Of a stretch of DNA of 64,000 bases, positions 10,187 to 20,205 are shown one piece after another. The notes under the pieces are model-generated. The model was not told the origin of the DNA. It worked only from the letters and a program-made list of their open reading frames with translations, and did not search any database. Location: positions 1,440,001 through 1,504,000 of the forward strand of contig CAXXLL010000003.1 of the NCBI GenBank assembly GCA_963662545.2, written 5' to 3'. Made by a program: the position numbers and the translations under genes. Position 1 is the stretch's first letter; every line of letters begins with the position of its first letter. Origin of the DNA: Gammaproteobacteria bacterium (GTDB lineage: Bacteria > Pseudomonadota > Gammaproteobacteria > Ga0077536).

Positions 10187-10813
10187 ATGGCTGACCAAGC
10201 AAATATGATCTGCCCAGGTTGTCAAATCTTTCAACCACGTGCATTGACCTGCAATACATGTGGCGTAGTTGTCGCGAAGGTCGGGAAACCCGCCCCAAGT
10301 GTGGCGCCAAGATCAACTGGGTCGCAAGCCCGCAACATGCCGAGGATTAATCCTAATTTGCTATTACTGATAGCCATTCCTGTCATCGGGCTTATAGTAT
10401 TTTCGGCCTCAGAAAATGCGGAGGAAGCCGATCGCACCGCTGATGCAGTGTCATCTGACGTCCGCGACAAGAAGAAAGCAACCCCTACCGACATGATCGC
10501 GGTAGTTAATCCATGTGCCGCTGCTCGTATTCAGCGTAATAACGTAAGAAGCAAATTACATACGCTGAAAACGATGCTGTATCAGTACAGCATGGAAGGG
10601 GACGATCCGCCAACCAATGACGAAGGACTACAGGCTTTGGTGGATCGCCGTTATCTGAGTCAGTCTGATATCACCGACGAATGGGGAAATACGTTCGTTT
10701 ACCGGCTGGAATGGGGTAAAGAGACGCCGTGGGGAAAAGAATACAAAATCTTTGTGCATTCCAAAGGAGCGGATGGGAGGTCTGGAAATTCCGATGATGT
10801 GGCTATGCCATAA
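10187..10813 (+). CDS. Protein with N-terminal CxxC..CxxC zinc ribbon, TM helix and C-terminal GspG/T2SSG-like domain
   Basis: CPGC...CNTC; PTNDEGLQALV, DEWGNTFVY, SKGADGRSGNSDD resemble the pseudopilin G C-terminus; no prepilin cleavage motif. Confidence 0.65.
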   Translation: MADQANMICPGCQIFQPRALTCNTCGVVVAKVGKPAPSVAPRSTGSQARNMPRINPNLLLLIAIPVIGLIVFSASENAEEADRTADAVSSDVRDKKKATPTDMIAVVNPCAAARIQRNNVRSKLHTLKTMLYQYSMEGDDPPTNDEGLQALVDRRYLSQSDITDEWGNTFVYRLEWGKETPWGKEYKIFVHSKGADGRSGNSDDVAMP

Positions 10814-10875
10814 ACAAGGATAAACAAAGTACGAGAGCATTAGGGTTCAGGTCTAGTCTTTTGCCTGTTCTCGAT

Positions 10876-10959
10876 GACCGCTTATGGCAGCGAGCCGCCG
10901 TCCGCCATAGTCGCACCAGCGAACGCTAGGGGCCGACCGCTTCCGAGGGGATTGTAAAC
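10876..10959. repeat. Palindromic unit pair A-B
   Basis: GACCGCT-TATGGCAGCG-AGCCGCC (10876) and GACCGCT-TCCGAGGGGAT-TGTAAAC (10935), 59 bp apart. Confidence 0.65.
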
Positions 10960-11105
10960 AGCCGAGTGCCCCTCCAATCAGATTATTTCTACTGTTTCGG
11001 GCATCTGGATTAGCTTGCACTTTAAGATAACAAAGGCTGATTTAGGTTTCGCGATGATCTGACGATAACTATAGGTGCCGTCAATCAATTGCAAGGAGTG
11101 AAGCC

Positions 11106-11396
11106 ATGCGTATGATTACCGCTGTCGCTCTGTGTCTAATCGTCTGCCTGTTTCCGGCGGATCAGGTCGAGGCCTTTGCCGTGCAACCTCAGCAGATGCA
11201 GCCGATGCTTGATCAGGCCTTCAAGGTACCGCAGCCGCAGGCCATTGAAGCCGCAAGCCGTCGAGTCGCAAAGGAAGCAGCCGCAAAGCAGGCACAAGAG
11301 CAAAACGAAAAATCTGCCCAGACGTTGCGAACCGCGATGTTTTGGGGAGCGGGACTCTTTGTCGGGTTTTTGTTCATGAGAAAGCTGAGAAACTAG
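11106..11396 (+). CDS. Small exported/membrane-anchored hypothetical protein
   Basis: RBS AAGGAG, N-terminal signal-like segment, C-terminal TM helix plus basic tail (MRKLRN). Confidence 0.65.
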   Translation: MRMITAVALCLIVCLFPADQVEAFAVQPQQMQPMLDQAFKVPQPQAIEAASRRVAKEAAAKQAQEQNEKSAQTLRTAMFWGAGLFVGFLFMRKLRN

Positions 11397-11482
11397 ACCG
11401 CAAACGAGCGTCGGAAAACCACTCACGGTTCATCCTACCTTGGTGCTTAACACGGTCCGACGCCCAACGAAGCCCCGCCTCA

Positions 11483-11726
11483 GACCGCTTCCGAGCGCAT
11501 TGCTGACGTAACGGTTAACCGTGCTGCATTGCGGCTAGAAGGCGGCTGACGACCCAGACTGTGTGAAAACTATTTTCATTTTTCAAAAGTGGGGGAACTA
11601 CCCTCGAAATTGGATCTATTGAAATGCCGATCCCTATTCGAGGGGCATAACAACTATGCTGGTGGGGAATATTTTTATTTCGTCGTCTATTTTTGAGTTT
11701 TCACACAGTCTGGACCCACAGCGGAC
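11483..11726. repeat. Palindromic unit pair B-C, unit C interrupted by a MITE
   Basis: GACCGCT-TCCGAGCGCAT-TGCTGAC (11483); GGCGGCT-GACGACCCAC-AGCGGAC (11541, after MITE removal); linker similar to 9999-10031. Confidence 0.75.
11555..11712. mobile_element. IS1182-type MITE (158 bp)
   Basis: IR CAGACTGTGTGAAAACT, nearly identical to IS1182 IR at 20206; GACC duplicated at 11551-11554 and 11713-11716. Confidence 0.82.
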
Positions 11727-11846
11727 CTCCATACCCAAGCCGATTAAGCTCAAATTCAGTGGCGCTTGGGCCGGAGTCCTACCGAATACATGCCTAGCTC
11801 CAGGTAATGATATAGTCCTCGACCGGCAACTTCAGAGGGGCGCATC

Positions 11847-12167
11847 ATGAATTACCGTGTGTTAATGCTTTTCGTAGCGGGCCTGTTTCTCAGCGCCTGT
11901 GGGGACGACGAAGCGGCGATACAAGCTAATGTACCAACTGAGTCGGAGGAACGCGTGTTCTTCGATCCTGCCGATGGGGGCGACATTATTGTGGGCGAAG
12001 ACGGGCAGATCGTTAAGATTCCGGAAGAAGAAACGAGCGAGTGGGCCAGATCGCCCACGGGAACGTCGGACGAATCAAGGTCCATAGACATTTCCGAAGT
12101 GGCACATAACGTTGCGGGCGAAGACGAGCAGATCGTTAAGATTCCGGAAGAAGAGGGCTCGGAATGA
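11847..12167 (+). CDS. Acidic hypothetical lipoprotein with internal repeat
   Basis: Lipobox LSAC; GEDGQIVKIPEEE / GEDEQIVKIPEEE repeat. Confidence 0.65.
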   Translation: MNYRVLMLFVAGLFLSACGDDEAAIQANVPTESEERVFFDPADGGDIIVGEDGQIVKIPEEETSEWARSPTGTSDESRSIDISEVAHNVAGEDEQIVKIPEEEGSE

Positions 12168-12492
12168 CCCCGGTAGATCAAAGCTAAGAACAACGAGTTG
12201 GGGTCTTGCGTTTCGTCTCGATCTCTTTTTGCCTCGTCCAAAGAAAAAGGCAATACCTGACGCGATCTTCGGACAGGCATGATCTCCGCGATCCAATTGA
12301 GATGCGGCTTCGTACTCGGTGAATAGAAGCCGCCGCCTTCGTCAAGTCCGAACCCGCCTTCGACCACGGTAGTCCCGCGCCGTCTCGTATGCCGCCGCGT
12401 AACACTCACAGGGTTGAGGTTCCAGCCACAGTCAAACGTCCTGGTTGGACGAATTGTTATACGACATCATCTTGGCGCGAGTTAATTAGCTA

Positions 12493-14179
12493 GTGTGCAT
12501 CCCTAAACGCGATGCGGTTGAAATAAAAAGGAAAATTTGTCGCTTAAGGGATCGAAACCTCCGGTGGGTCGTGATCTAATGGAACTTCAAACCTCTGATT
12601 TTCCACACAATCATCGACACCACAGGAGGGGGAATGCGTCAGAAACGCACGGCCCAAGCGAGTATATACGAGCTGTTTGCTGACCATGACCTGGGGCGAG
12701 AGCTGCAGGGCATGTCCGAGTGGCTCGATGCTCACCCCAAGGTCCTCACGCCGGTCATGAACGATCTGTGTCGGCGGGGTTTGAAGCCCACCGGTCGACG
12801 CGGACTGTCGGCGGAGTCGGTGCTGCGCTGCGCGGTGCTCAAGCAGCACCGGCAATTGAGTTACGAGGAGCTGGCCTTTCACCTGCAGGACTCGGCGAGC
12901 TTTCAGGCCTTCGCCCGGTTGCCGGGTAATGAACGTCCGAAGAAGTCTGCCTTACAGCGGGTGGTCTCGGCGATCCAGGTATCGACGTGGGAGTCTATTC
13001 ATCGCGCCCTGCTGGCGACGGCGAAAGAGACGCGCATTGAGCCGGCACAGCGTGTACGGATTGATAGCACGGTAACGGACAGTGCCATCCACGCGCCGAG
13101 CGACAGTCATCTGCTGTGGGATGGCGTGCGTGTTGTGGTTCGTCTGCTCGCACAGGCGCGCGAGTTGCCTGGCGCGCCGGAGTTGTGCTTCGTGAACCAC
13201 ACTCGATTGGCGAAGAAGCGTGCGCGGGCGCTGTGGTATGCGCGTGGTGCGAAGCAACGCCAACGTCTGTATCGCGATTTGATTGGGGCGACGCGTTCAA
13301 CCTTGGAAGCGGTAGCGAGGGTACGTGAGCAGCTGCTGAGCCCGGGCGTCACCGGCGTTGAACTGCCGGACTGGCTAGCGCAGGTAGCGCACTACGAAAC
13401 ACTTGTTCTGCAGGTGATTTCGCAAACTGAGCGGCGGGTGTTCGGCGGTGAGAAGGTCCCCGCGAGCGAGAAGTGCGTGAGCTTGTTCGAGCCGCATACC
13501 GACATCATCATAAAGGGTGCGCGCGACGTTCAGTACGGACACAAAATCAATCTGGCTTCGGGGCGCAGTGGCCTCATCCTCGACGTGGTCATCGAGCGAG
13601 GCAATCCGGTCGATAGTCAGCGCTTCATGCCGATGCTCGAACGGCATCGAACACACTACGGGACGATGCCACGACAGGTCGCCGCCGATGGCGGCTATGC
13701 GAGCCTCGACAATCTCCGGGCGGCGAAAGCAGAAGGCATCGAAGACGTTGCCTTCCACAAGAAGCGCGGGCTCGCGATCGCCGACATGGTCAAGAGTCAG
13801 TGGGTCTATCGACGCTTGCGCAACTTCCGCGCCGGCATCGAGGCCGGTATCTCCTGCCTGAAGCGTGCATACGGATTGGCACGTTGCACCTGGAAGAGCC
13901 TGCCGCACTTCGAAGCCTACGTGTGGTCTTCTGTGGTCGCCTACAACCTCAGCCTGCTCGCGCGCTATCAACTCGAATAGCGACGTTCACTCGCACTAAC
14001 TGACCTCCTCGATATCGTCGAACGGGCGACTTTGGGTTGCAGCGCTCTGCGGCCGGCGAACGTACTCACAATTACGCTCGAAGAGCCCTTCGACCCCCAC
14101 CGAACCGCCGCTACCGCTGACCTACTTTCAACACCTCCTCCGTGCCCATCGAAGAAAATGCCTGTTTATGGACGGACAC
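12493..14179 (+). mobile_element. ISNCY-family IS (ISDol1-like), copy 1
   Basis: IRs GTGTGCATCCCTAAAC / rc GTGTCCGTCCATAAAC; flanked by TAGCTA (12487-12492, 14180-14185). Confidence 0.85.
12634..13980 (+). CDS. ISNCY-family DDE transposase
   Basis: RIDSTV, VAADGGY, RNFRAGIEAGISCLKR; RBS GGAGGGGG. Confidence 0.9.
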   Translation: MRQKRTAQASIYELFADHDLGRELQGMSEWLDAHPKVLTPVMNDLCRRGLKPTGRRGLSAESVLRCAVLKQHRQLSYEELAFHLQDSASFQAFARLPGNERPKKSALQRVVSAIQVSTWESIHRALLATAKETRIEPAQRVRIDSTVTDSAIHAPSDSHLLWDGVRVVVRLLAQARELPGAPELCFVNHTRLAKKRARALWYARGAKQRQRLYRDLIGATRSTLEAVARVREQLLSPGVTGVELPDWLAQVAHYETLVLQVISQTERRVFGGEKVPASEKCVSLFEPHTDIIIKGARDVQYGHKINLASGRSGLILDVVIERGNPVDSQRFMPMLERHRTHYGTMPRQVAADGGYASLDNLRAAKAEGIEDVAFHKKRGLAIADMVKSQWVYRRLRNFRAGIEAGISCLKRAYGLARCTWKSLPHFEAYVWSSVVAYNLSLLARYQLE

Positions 14180-14185
14180 TAGCTA

Positions 14186-15852
14186 GTGTGCATCCCTAAA
14201 CGCGATGCGGTTGAAATAAAAAGGAAAATTTGTCGCTTAAGGGATCGAAACCTCCGGTGGGCGTGATCTAATGGAACTTCAAACCTCTGATTTTCCACAC
14301 AATCATCGACACCACATGCGTCAAGCGAGTACGAGCTGTTTGCTGACCATGACCTGGGGCGAGAGCTGCAGGGCATGTCCGAGTGGCTCGATGCTCACCC
14401 CAAGGTCCTCACGCCGGTCATGAACGATCTGTGTCGGCGGGGTTTGAAGCCCACCGGTCGACGCGGACTGTCGGCGGAGTCGGTGCTGCGCTGCGCGGTG
14501 CTCAAGCAGCACCGGCAATTGAGTTACGAGGAGCTGGCCTTTCACCTGCAGGACTCGGCGAGCTTTCAGGCCTTCGCCCGGTTGCCGGGTAATGAACGTC
14601 CGAAGAAGTCTGCCTTACAGCGGGTGGTCTCGGCGATCCAGGTATCGACGTGGGAGTCTATTCATCGCGCCCTGCTGGCGACGGCGAAAGAGACGCGCAT
14701 TGAGCCGGCACAGCGTGTACGGATTGATAGCACGGTAACGGACAGTGCCATCCACGCGCCGAGCGACAGTCATCTGCTGTGGGATGGCGTGCGTGTTGTG
14801 GTTCGTCTGCTCGCACAGGCGCGCGAGTTGCCTGGCGCGCCGGAGTTGTGCTTCGTGAACCACACTCGATTGGCGAAGAAGCGTGCGCGGGCGCTGTGGT
14901 ATGCGCGTGGTGCGAAGCAACGCCAACGTCTGTATCGCGATTTGATTGGGGCGACGCGTTCAACCTTGGAAGCGGTAGCGAGGGTACGTGAGCAGCTGCT
15001 GAGCCCGGGCGTCACCGGCGTTGAACTGCCGGACTGGCTAGCGCAGGTAGCGCACTACGAAACACTTGTTCTGCAGGTGATTTCGCAAACTGAGCGGCGG
15101 GTGTTCGGCGGTGAGAAGGTCCCCGCGAGCGAGAAGTGCGTGAGCTTGTTCGAGCCGCATACCGACATCATCATAAAGGGTGCGCGCGACGTTCAGTACG
15201 GACACAAAATCAATCTGGCTTCGGGGCGCAGTGGCCTCATCCTCGACGTGGTCATCGAGCGAGGCAATCCGGTCGATAGTCAGCGCTTCATGCCGATGCT
15301 CGAACGGCATCGAACACACTACGGGACGATGCCACGACAGGTCGCCGCCGATGGCGGCTATGCGAGCCTCGACAATCTCCGGGCGGCGAAAGCAGAAGGC
15401 ATCGAAGACGTTGCCTTCCACAAGAAGCGCGGGCTCGCGATCGCCGACATGGTCAAGAGTCAGTGGGTCTATCGACGCTTGCGCAACTTCCGCGCCGGCA
15501 TCGAGGCCGGTATCTCCTGCCTGAAGCGTGCATACGGATTGGCACGTTGCACCTGGAAGAGCCTGCCGCACTTCGAAGCCTACGTGTGGTCTTCTGTGGT
15601 CGCCTACAACCTCAGCCTGCTCGCGCGCTATCAACTCGAATAGCGACGTTCACTCGCACTAACTGACCTCCTCGATATCGTCGAACGGGCGACTTTGGGT
15701 TGCAGCGCTCTGCGGCCGGCGAACGTACTCACAATTACGCTCGAAGAGCCCTTCGACCCCCACCGAACCGCCGCTACCGCTCCAACAACCTACTTTCAAC
15801 ACCTCGATTTCTCCGTGCCCATCGAAGAAAATGCCTGTTTATGGACGGACAC
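14186..15852 (+). mobile_element. ISNCY-family IS copy 2 in direct tandem; 5' end has small deletions removing the native RBS and disrupting the N-terminal codons (ORF 14375-15643)
   Basis: Apparently identical to copy 1 over most of its length; TAGCTA at 15853-15858. Confidence 0.75.
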
Positions 15853-16166
15853 TAGCTAGGCATCATCGCTCGCACTAAAAAAAACACCGGCAGTATACAC
15901 AAAAGAATATAACTCGCGATTGCTTTTCGGCTTGTCCTATATTTGGATTTATTCACCACGAGTTTCAAGATTGCCAGCAAGCCCCGAAACCAGTATACGA
16001 GAGCGCACATTACGGCGAGCGCGTTTAGCATGACCAATCCTGCTGGAGGATCATCGCCAGGTGTGCGATAAACAATGCTGAGCGCAATTCCTAATAGCAA
16101 TACGCCGCCAAGAGTTCCGTACAGTGCACTGTTTAGAATCTTAATTTCTGGAGCCGCTTCATTCAT
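15852..16166 (-). CDS. Small hypothetical membrane protein (3 TM); IS pair inserted at its stop codon
   Basis: Three hydrophobic segments; ends at the TAGCTA target. Confidence 0.6.
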   Translation of the reverse strand: MNEAAPEIKILNSALYGTLGGVLLLGIALSIVYRTPGDDPPAGLVMLNALAVMCALVYWFRGLLAILKLVVNKSKYRTSRKAIASYILLCILPVFFLVRAMMPS

Positions 16167-16276
16167 TTTTGGGTCACATCTTTATTCGAAACTCAATTAC
16201 AATGTTGTCACGTTCTCGGTGCCACCAAAAGTTGGCAATCTAGAGCGAAGAAGATTATGCACTTAACACTGGCTCC

Positions 16277-16549
16277 ATGATTCGCTTCCTAATCGTGCTG
16301 GTCCTCGCGTTCGTGACCGTGACTGCGTCGGCTGAGCCACTACCGCTCGGCGCTCATTCGCGTGCAGATGAGCTTCGGCTGAGGCGGGGAGATGTCGATG
16401 CCGCCCGGCATATAGAGCACGAGCGGATCCGCCTTGAAAGCGAACGGCTCAAATTGGACAGCGCCCGTATACAGCTCGATAACGGAAAGATTGAGCGCGA
16501 GCGCCGCGCGCCGAAATCGCGCTACAACTTGCCGCTTATTGGGGAATGA
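16277..16549 (+). CDS. Small secreted hypothetical protein
   Basis: Signal peptide (TASA-E), coiled-coil-like body; overlaps next gene (ATGA). Confidence 0.5.
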   Translation: MIRFLIVLVLAFVTVTASAEPLPLGAHSRADELRLRRGDVDAARHIEHERIRLESERLKLDSARIQLDNGKIERERRAPKSRYNLPLIGE

Positions 16550-17637
16550 CGGAGATAGGTTTAATTCCCCGGATGAAGCGTAGCGTAATCCGGGGAAACT
16601 TAGTCGCCGGTCTCCTATTTCTGGCAGGTTGCAGTAGCGCACCCGTTCAGGCGCCCGGCAAGGCTTGGCATCATCTCAATAATGGCCAATTTCGCAATCC
16701 ACCAGGAAGCCCCACTAGCACGGCGACCTTCGGCGATCTGACGGCATTCTTCTGGCGGCGTGCACGCGCTAAACCACCGACAGTACCGACCGATCATGTC
16801 ATCCCACAGGCGGACGCATTGGCAGCGTATGAGGCCACCGCAAACCAGGACACCGCGACGTGGCTTGGTCACGCTTCTTTTCTCTTGCGGCTCGAAGGTA
16901 AAACCGTTCTGACCGATCCCTACCTCACGAAGGTAGCCGGGCCCTTCGGTTTCGGCCCCAAGCGTTACGTCGCACCGGGCTTACCGCTCGATCGCTTGCC
17001 ACCGATCGACATCATCCTTGTCAGCCACAATCACTACGACCATCTGGACGCGAAAACCGTCGAGGCACTGCCCGGGAAGGAACGCATACACGTCGTGGTT
17101 CCGCTGCGCTTAGGAGATTTCTTCCGCGAGCGGGGGTATGTCAACGTGCATGAGAATGATTGGTTCGAACGCGTTGTGATCGACGGTATCGAGATCGAAG
17201 TGCTGCCGGCGATACATTTTTCACGCCGGGGCCTGTTCGATCGTAATCGAACACTATGGGGCGGTTTCGCTATCCGCGCCGGCGGGCGAAGCATATACCA
17301 CTCGGGCGACACCGGTTACGGACCCATCTTCAGCGAGGTGAATCGGCGCTCCGGGCCATTCGACCTCGCGCTTATCGCGATCGGTGCATATAAGCCGCGG
17401 TCCATAATGCGGCGCTCGCACGTGACGCCCGAACAAGCTGTGCAACTCGTCGACGACATCGGCGCTAAAAGAGCCATAGGTATGCACTGGGGCACCGTGG
17501 AACTGACCGACGAGCCACACTTCGAGCCGGGGAAACGTTTTCTTAAAGCCGCGCACGCGGCAGGTTGGATAGAAGGGCGCGCTCGAATCATGAAAATCGG
17601 AGAAACACTGGTGCTTTCACCACTTACCGCCAGTTAA
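16546..17637 (+). CDS. MBL-fold metallohydrolase (RomA/NAPE-PLD-like), probable lipoprotein
   Basis: TWLGHAS, LTDP, SHNHYDHLD, HSGDTGY, GMHWGT motifs; LAGC lipobox. Confidence 0.9.
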   Translation: MTEIGLIPRMKRSVIRGNLVAGLLFLAGCSSAPVQAPGKAWHHLNNGQFRNPPGSPTSTATFGDLTAFFWRRARAKPPTVPTDHVIPQADALAAYEATANQDTATWLGHASFLLRLEGKTVLTDPYLTKVAGPFGFGPKRYVAPGLPLDRLPPIDIILVSHNHYDHLDAKTVEALPGKERIHVVVPLRLGDFFRERGYVNVHENDWFERVVIDGIEIEVLPAIHFSRRGLFDRNRTLWGGFAIRAGGRSIYHSGDTGYGPIFSEVNRRSGPFDLALIAIGAYKPRSIMRRSHVTPEQAVQLVDDIGAKRAIGMHWGTVELTDEPHFEPGKRFLKAAHAAGWIEGRARIMKIGETLVLSPLTAS

Positions 17638-17728
17638 CACGTCCGGCACAGCGGGAGAATGCGGTGCGGCATAGCAAAGGGGACAGATTTAGTTGCGGGG
17701 TTTACGTTCTATTCAAATAAATCTGTCC

Positions 17729-19081
17729 CTGAAGGCTCCCCACGAATTGAAGGAGAATTCACATAAAAAATAGCCATTTAGAAAAATAAATAGCGAACAA
17801 TAGGGAACATGCATGACGTTCGGTGATCAATAACGGTGACGAAACCAAATTGGTCACGGGAGAACGCCATGCATGCACTGAGATTGTTGCACAAAATAAT
17901 GGGGCAAGCCTGTCCGCAGATACACGCGGTAAGGCTAACGGCATTGATGGCGAGCGTTGAGGCGCTGCTGGTAGGTCGTCAGATGAGCTTAGCCGGTCTT
18001 GGTCGCGCCATGGTGTCGGGGGCGCGAGTCAAGCACAACATCAAGCGAGTCGACCGGTTAATTGGCAACCGTCATCTGTGGGGAGAACGAACGGAACTCT
18101 ATGGGGCGATGGCGGGGCTGGTGCTTGGACAAGGACCACGTCCGGTAATTATTCTGGACTGGTCGGATATGCGCGAAGATCGGTCATGGCAGTTGTTGCG
18201 TGCGGCGGTTCCGGTGGGAGGCCGTTCACTGACGCTCTACGAAGAAGTACATCCCTTGTCGGCGTATGACAACCGGGGTGTCAGGAAACGGTTTCTGGAG
18301 CGTCTTCGAGAGATCTTACCACCGGGGTGTCGCCCGCTCTTAGTCACGGATGCCGGCTTCCGGACGACTTGGTTTAGACAGGTCGAAGCAATGGGTTGGG
18401 ACTGGGTCGGTCGGGTCCGCGGGCGCACCCATTTCCGGCTGGACAACCAGGCAAGCTGGCAACCGTGCCGGACGTTGCATGCGATGGCCAACTCACGTGT
18501 GCGGCATATCGGGACAGTCGAACTAACGGTATCGAATCCATTGGCCTGTGACCTGTACCTGGTGAAGAAGAAAAAGCGTGGCCGTCAACAACTGACCTGC
18601 CGCGGCACGCGTGCCCGTGGTGGCCGCAGCCTTAGCTGTGAACGACGCCAGCGCGAACCCTGGATATTGGTCACCTCACTGGGGTCGCGCGCGGCCCAGC
18701 AGGTGATGCGGTGTTATCAGTTGCGCATGCAGATTGAGGAGAGCTTCCGGGATATGAAAAATGCCCGTTTGGGACTGCACTTCCGCAGCGCGCGTTCCAA
18801 CAGCGCCGAGCGGCTCTCGATCCTCGTCCTGATTGGTACGTTGGCAACATTAGTCGCTTGGTTAGTCGGCCAAGCGATGCAGCGTTTCGGGCTGCAGCGC
18901 CATTACCAAGCGAATACAACCCGGCATCGGCCGGTACTCTCCACCGTCTTTCTGGGCTTGCAAAGTTTTTGCAGGCAACCCGTAAAGCTTATGCTGGCGG
19001 ACATCAAGCAATCGATTATCGCCTTACACCAAATTACCGCAAACCCGTTGCGTTATGTGTAAGTTCGTGGGGATCCTTCAG
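17729..19081 (+). mobile_element. IS4-family (IS10-group-like) insertion sequence
   Basis: IRs CTGAAGGCTCCCCACGAA / rc CTGAAGGATCCCCACGAA; 9-bp TSD AATCTGTCC (17720-17728, 19082-19090). Confidence 0.92.
17869..19062 (+). CDS. IS4-family transposase
   Basis: KHNIKRVDRLIGN, ILDWS, VTDAGF, YQLRMQIEESFRDMK (YREK motif). Confidence 0.92.
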   Translation: MHALRLLHKIMGQACPQIHAVRLTALMASVEALLVGRQMSLAGLGRAMVSGARVKHNIKRVDRLIGNRHLWGERTELYGAMAGLVLGQGPRPVIILDWSDMREDRSWQLLRAAVPVGGRSLTLYEEVHPLSAYDNRGVRKRFLERLREILPPGCRPLLVTDAGFRTTWFRQVEAMGWDWVGRVRGRTHFRLDNQASWQPCRTLHAMANSRVRHIGTVELTVSNPLACDLYLVKKKKRGRQQLTCRGTRARGGRSLSCERRQREPWILVTSLGSRAAQQVMRCYQLRMQIEESFRDMKNARLGLHFRSARSNSAERLSILVLIGTLATLVAWLVGQAMQRFGLQRHYQANTTRHRPVLSTVFLGLQSFCRQPVKLMLADIKQSIIALHQITANPLRYV

Positions 19082-19114
19082 AATCTGTCCCCTTTAGTTG
19101 CAGAGCTTCGCCTG

Positions 19115-20059
19115 CTATAAGGATTTTGGATCCATGAACCCGTCGTCGTGCACAAGCCAGCGCACCAAATTCGGTTCCATCAGCTCTGTAATAAGCGATT
19201 CATACCGCCTGATCTGATCAGCGGTCAACACGCCTTCCCAGCGACGATTGGTGCCCTTGTGAAAGAAATTCTTACTGTCTTTCCACACCCCCCTACTGCT
19301 GCCCGGCGCACGCGTAGCGAAGTTGCGCTTCATCTCATCGAATGTGACCGACTGCACTAGCGCCGGCCAGACGTCCTCGTTTACCGGTATGTCGAGATAC
19401 GCGGCTATACGGCGCATCTGACCGTTCAGATCATCGAGCATATCGGCGAAATGAACACACAGGATATTGTCGAGGTGCCGGTAGTTCCACCACGTTTGTG
19501 CGTGATTATGGAGTGACCATGCCGGATAGCCGTCGCGTTCCCAGGGGTATAGGGATTTCGACATCCACTCATCGAACCCCTCGTTGATGTTTGTGGCAAC
19601 CGGCGGGACCTCGGGTCCTTTGCGTAGAGGATTATCGTTCAACGCCTGCACCACCTCCGGTTTCATGTTGCGGAAGTGATTCCACAGCGACATCCACACG
19701 TCGCGCCCGTCACGACCGACGAAGATGTAATGGACATTGTCGTAATAGGGCACTGCCGTGAGCGGTAAATGCGTCTTGACGTAACGGCGGTAGGTCATCG
19801 TTTCGACGCGGTCGAGGACGTCCTCAATGGGATGGTACATTGAGTCGATCCACGGTGAGAGTTCGTCCAGCGGTGCAGGAGGGTCCGGTGATTGAAAAAT
19901 AAGCGCCCCGCAGATCGCCTGTGTCCAGGTCGTGCCGCCTTTGTACGACGTCGAGATGATGACGTCACCGTCGCGCGGTTTGAAACCGTCCCAGCGCGTG
20001 CTGTCGAAGAACGTGTTCTGGTAAATACGAGTTACTTCTGGCAAGGAGGGCAACGACAT
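19115..20059 (-). CDS. PAPS-dependent sulfotransferase (Sulfotransfer_1)
   Basis: TSYKGGTTW (5'-PSB loop), KTHLP, GRDGRDVWMS, FFHKGTNRRW; RBS GGAGAG. Confidence 0.9.
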   Translation of the reverse strand: MSLPSLPEVTRIYQNTFFDSTRWDGFKPRDGDVIISTSYKGGTTWTQAICGALIFQSPDPPAPLDELSPWIDSMYHPIEDVLDRVETMTYRRYVKTHLPLTAVPYYDNVHYIFVGRDGRDVWMSLWNHFRNMKPEVVQALNDNPLRKGPEVPPVATNINEGFDEWMSKSLYPWERDGYPAWSLHNHAQTWWNYRHLDNILCVHFADMLDDLNGQMRRIAAYLDIPVNEDVWPALVQSVTFDEMKRNFATRAPGSSRGVWKDSKNFFHKGTNRRWEGVLTADQIRRYESLITELMEPNLVRWLVHDDGFMDPKSL

Positions 20060-20205
20060 TAAGTGCTCTCTCCATATTTTCTTAAGGTAACGGAACCGTA
20101 ACCCGTCCGGGAATCGATAATCAACTGACAAGAGCGATTGAAAACTTGGTTCTCGTCGTCGGACGGGCATAGCGGTTCCGGATTTGTGGAGGTCCGCTGT
20201 GGGTC

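Larger units (their letters stand above)
17676..19095. repeat. GGGGACAGATTTA...TAAATCTGTCCCC hairpin (REP-like), right arm interrupted by IS4
   Basis: AAAGGGGACAGATTTA at 17676-17691; TAAATCTGTCC 17718-17728 continued by CCTTT after the IS. Confidence 0.7.

Noticed and set aside
9752-11726. CRISPR array interpretation of the regularly spaced repeats
   Set aside because: Units are degenerate, occur only in twos and threes, have conserved rather than unique linkers, and no cas genes are present
11852-12409. 185-aa minus-strand ORF
   Set aside because: Overlaps the lipoprotein antisense and has no recognisable family
12397-12462. attC-like sequence (minus strand GTATAACAATTCGTCCAACC...GTTACGC) downstream of gene 15852-16166
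   Set aside because: The R'' and L'' end looks attC-like, but there is no complementary L' box, no array of such sites and no IntI in the window; at most a degenerate half-site
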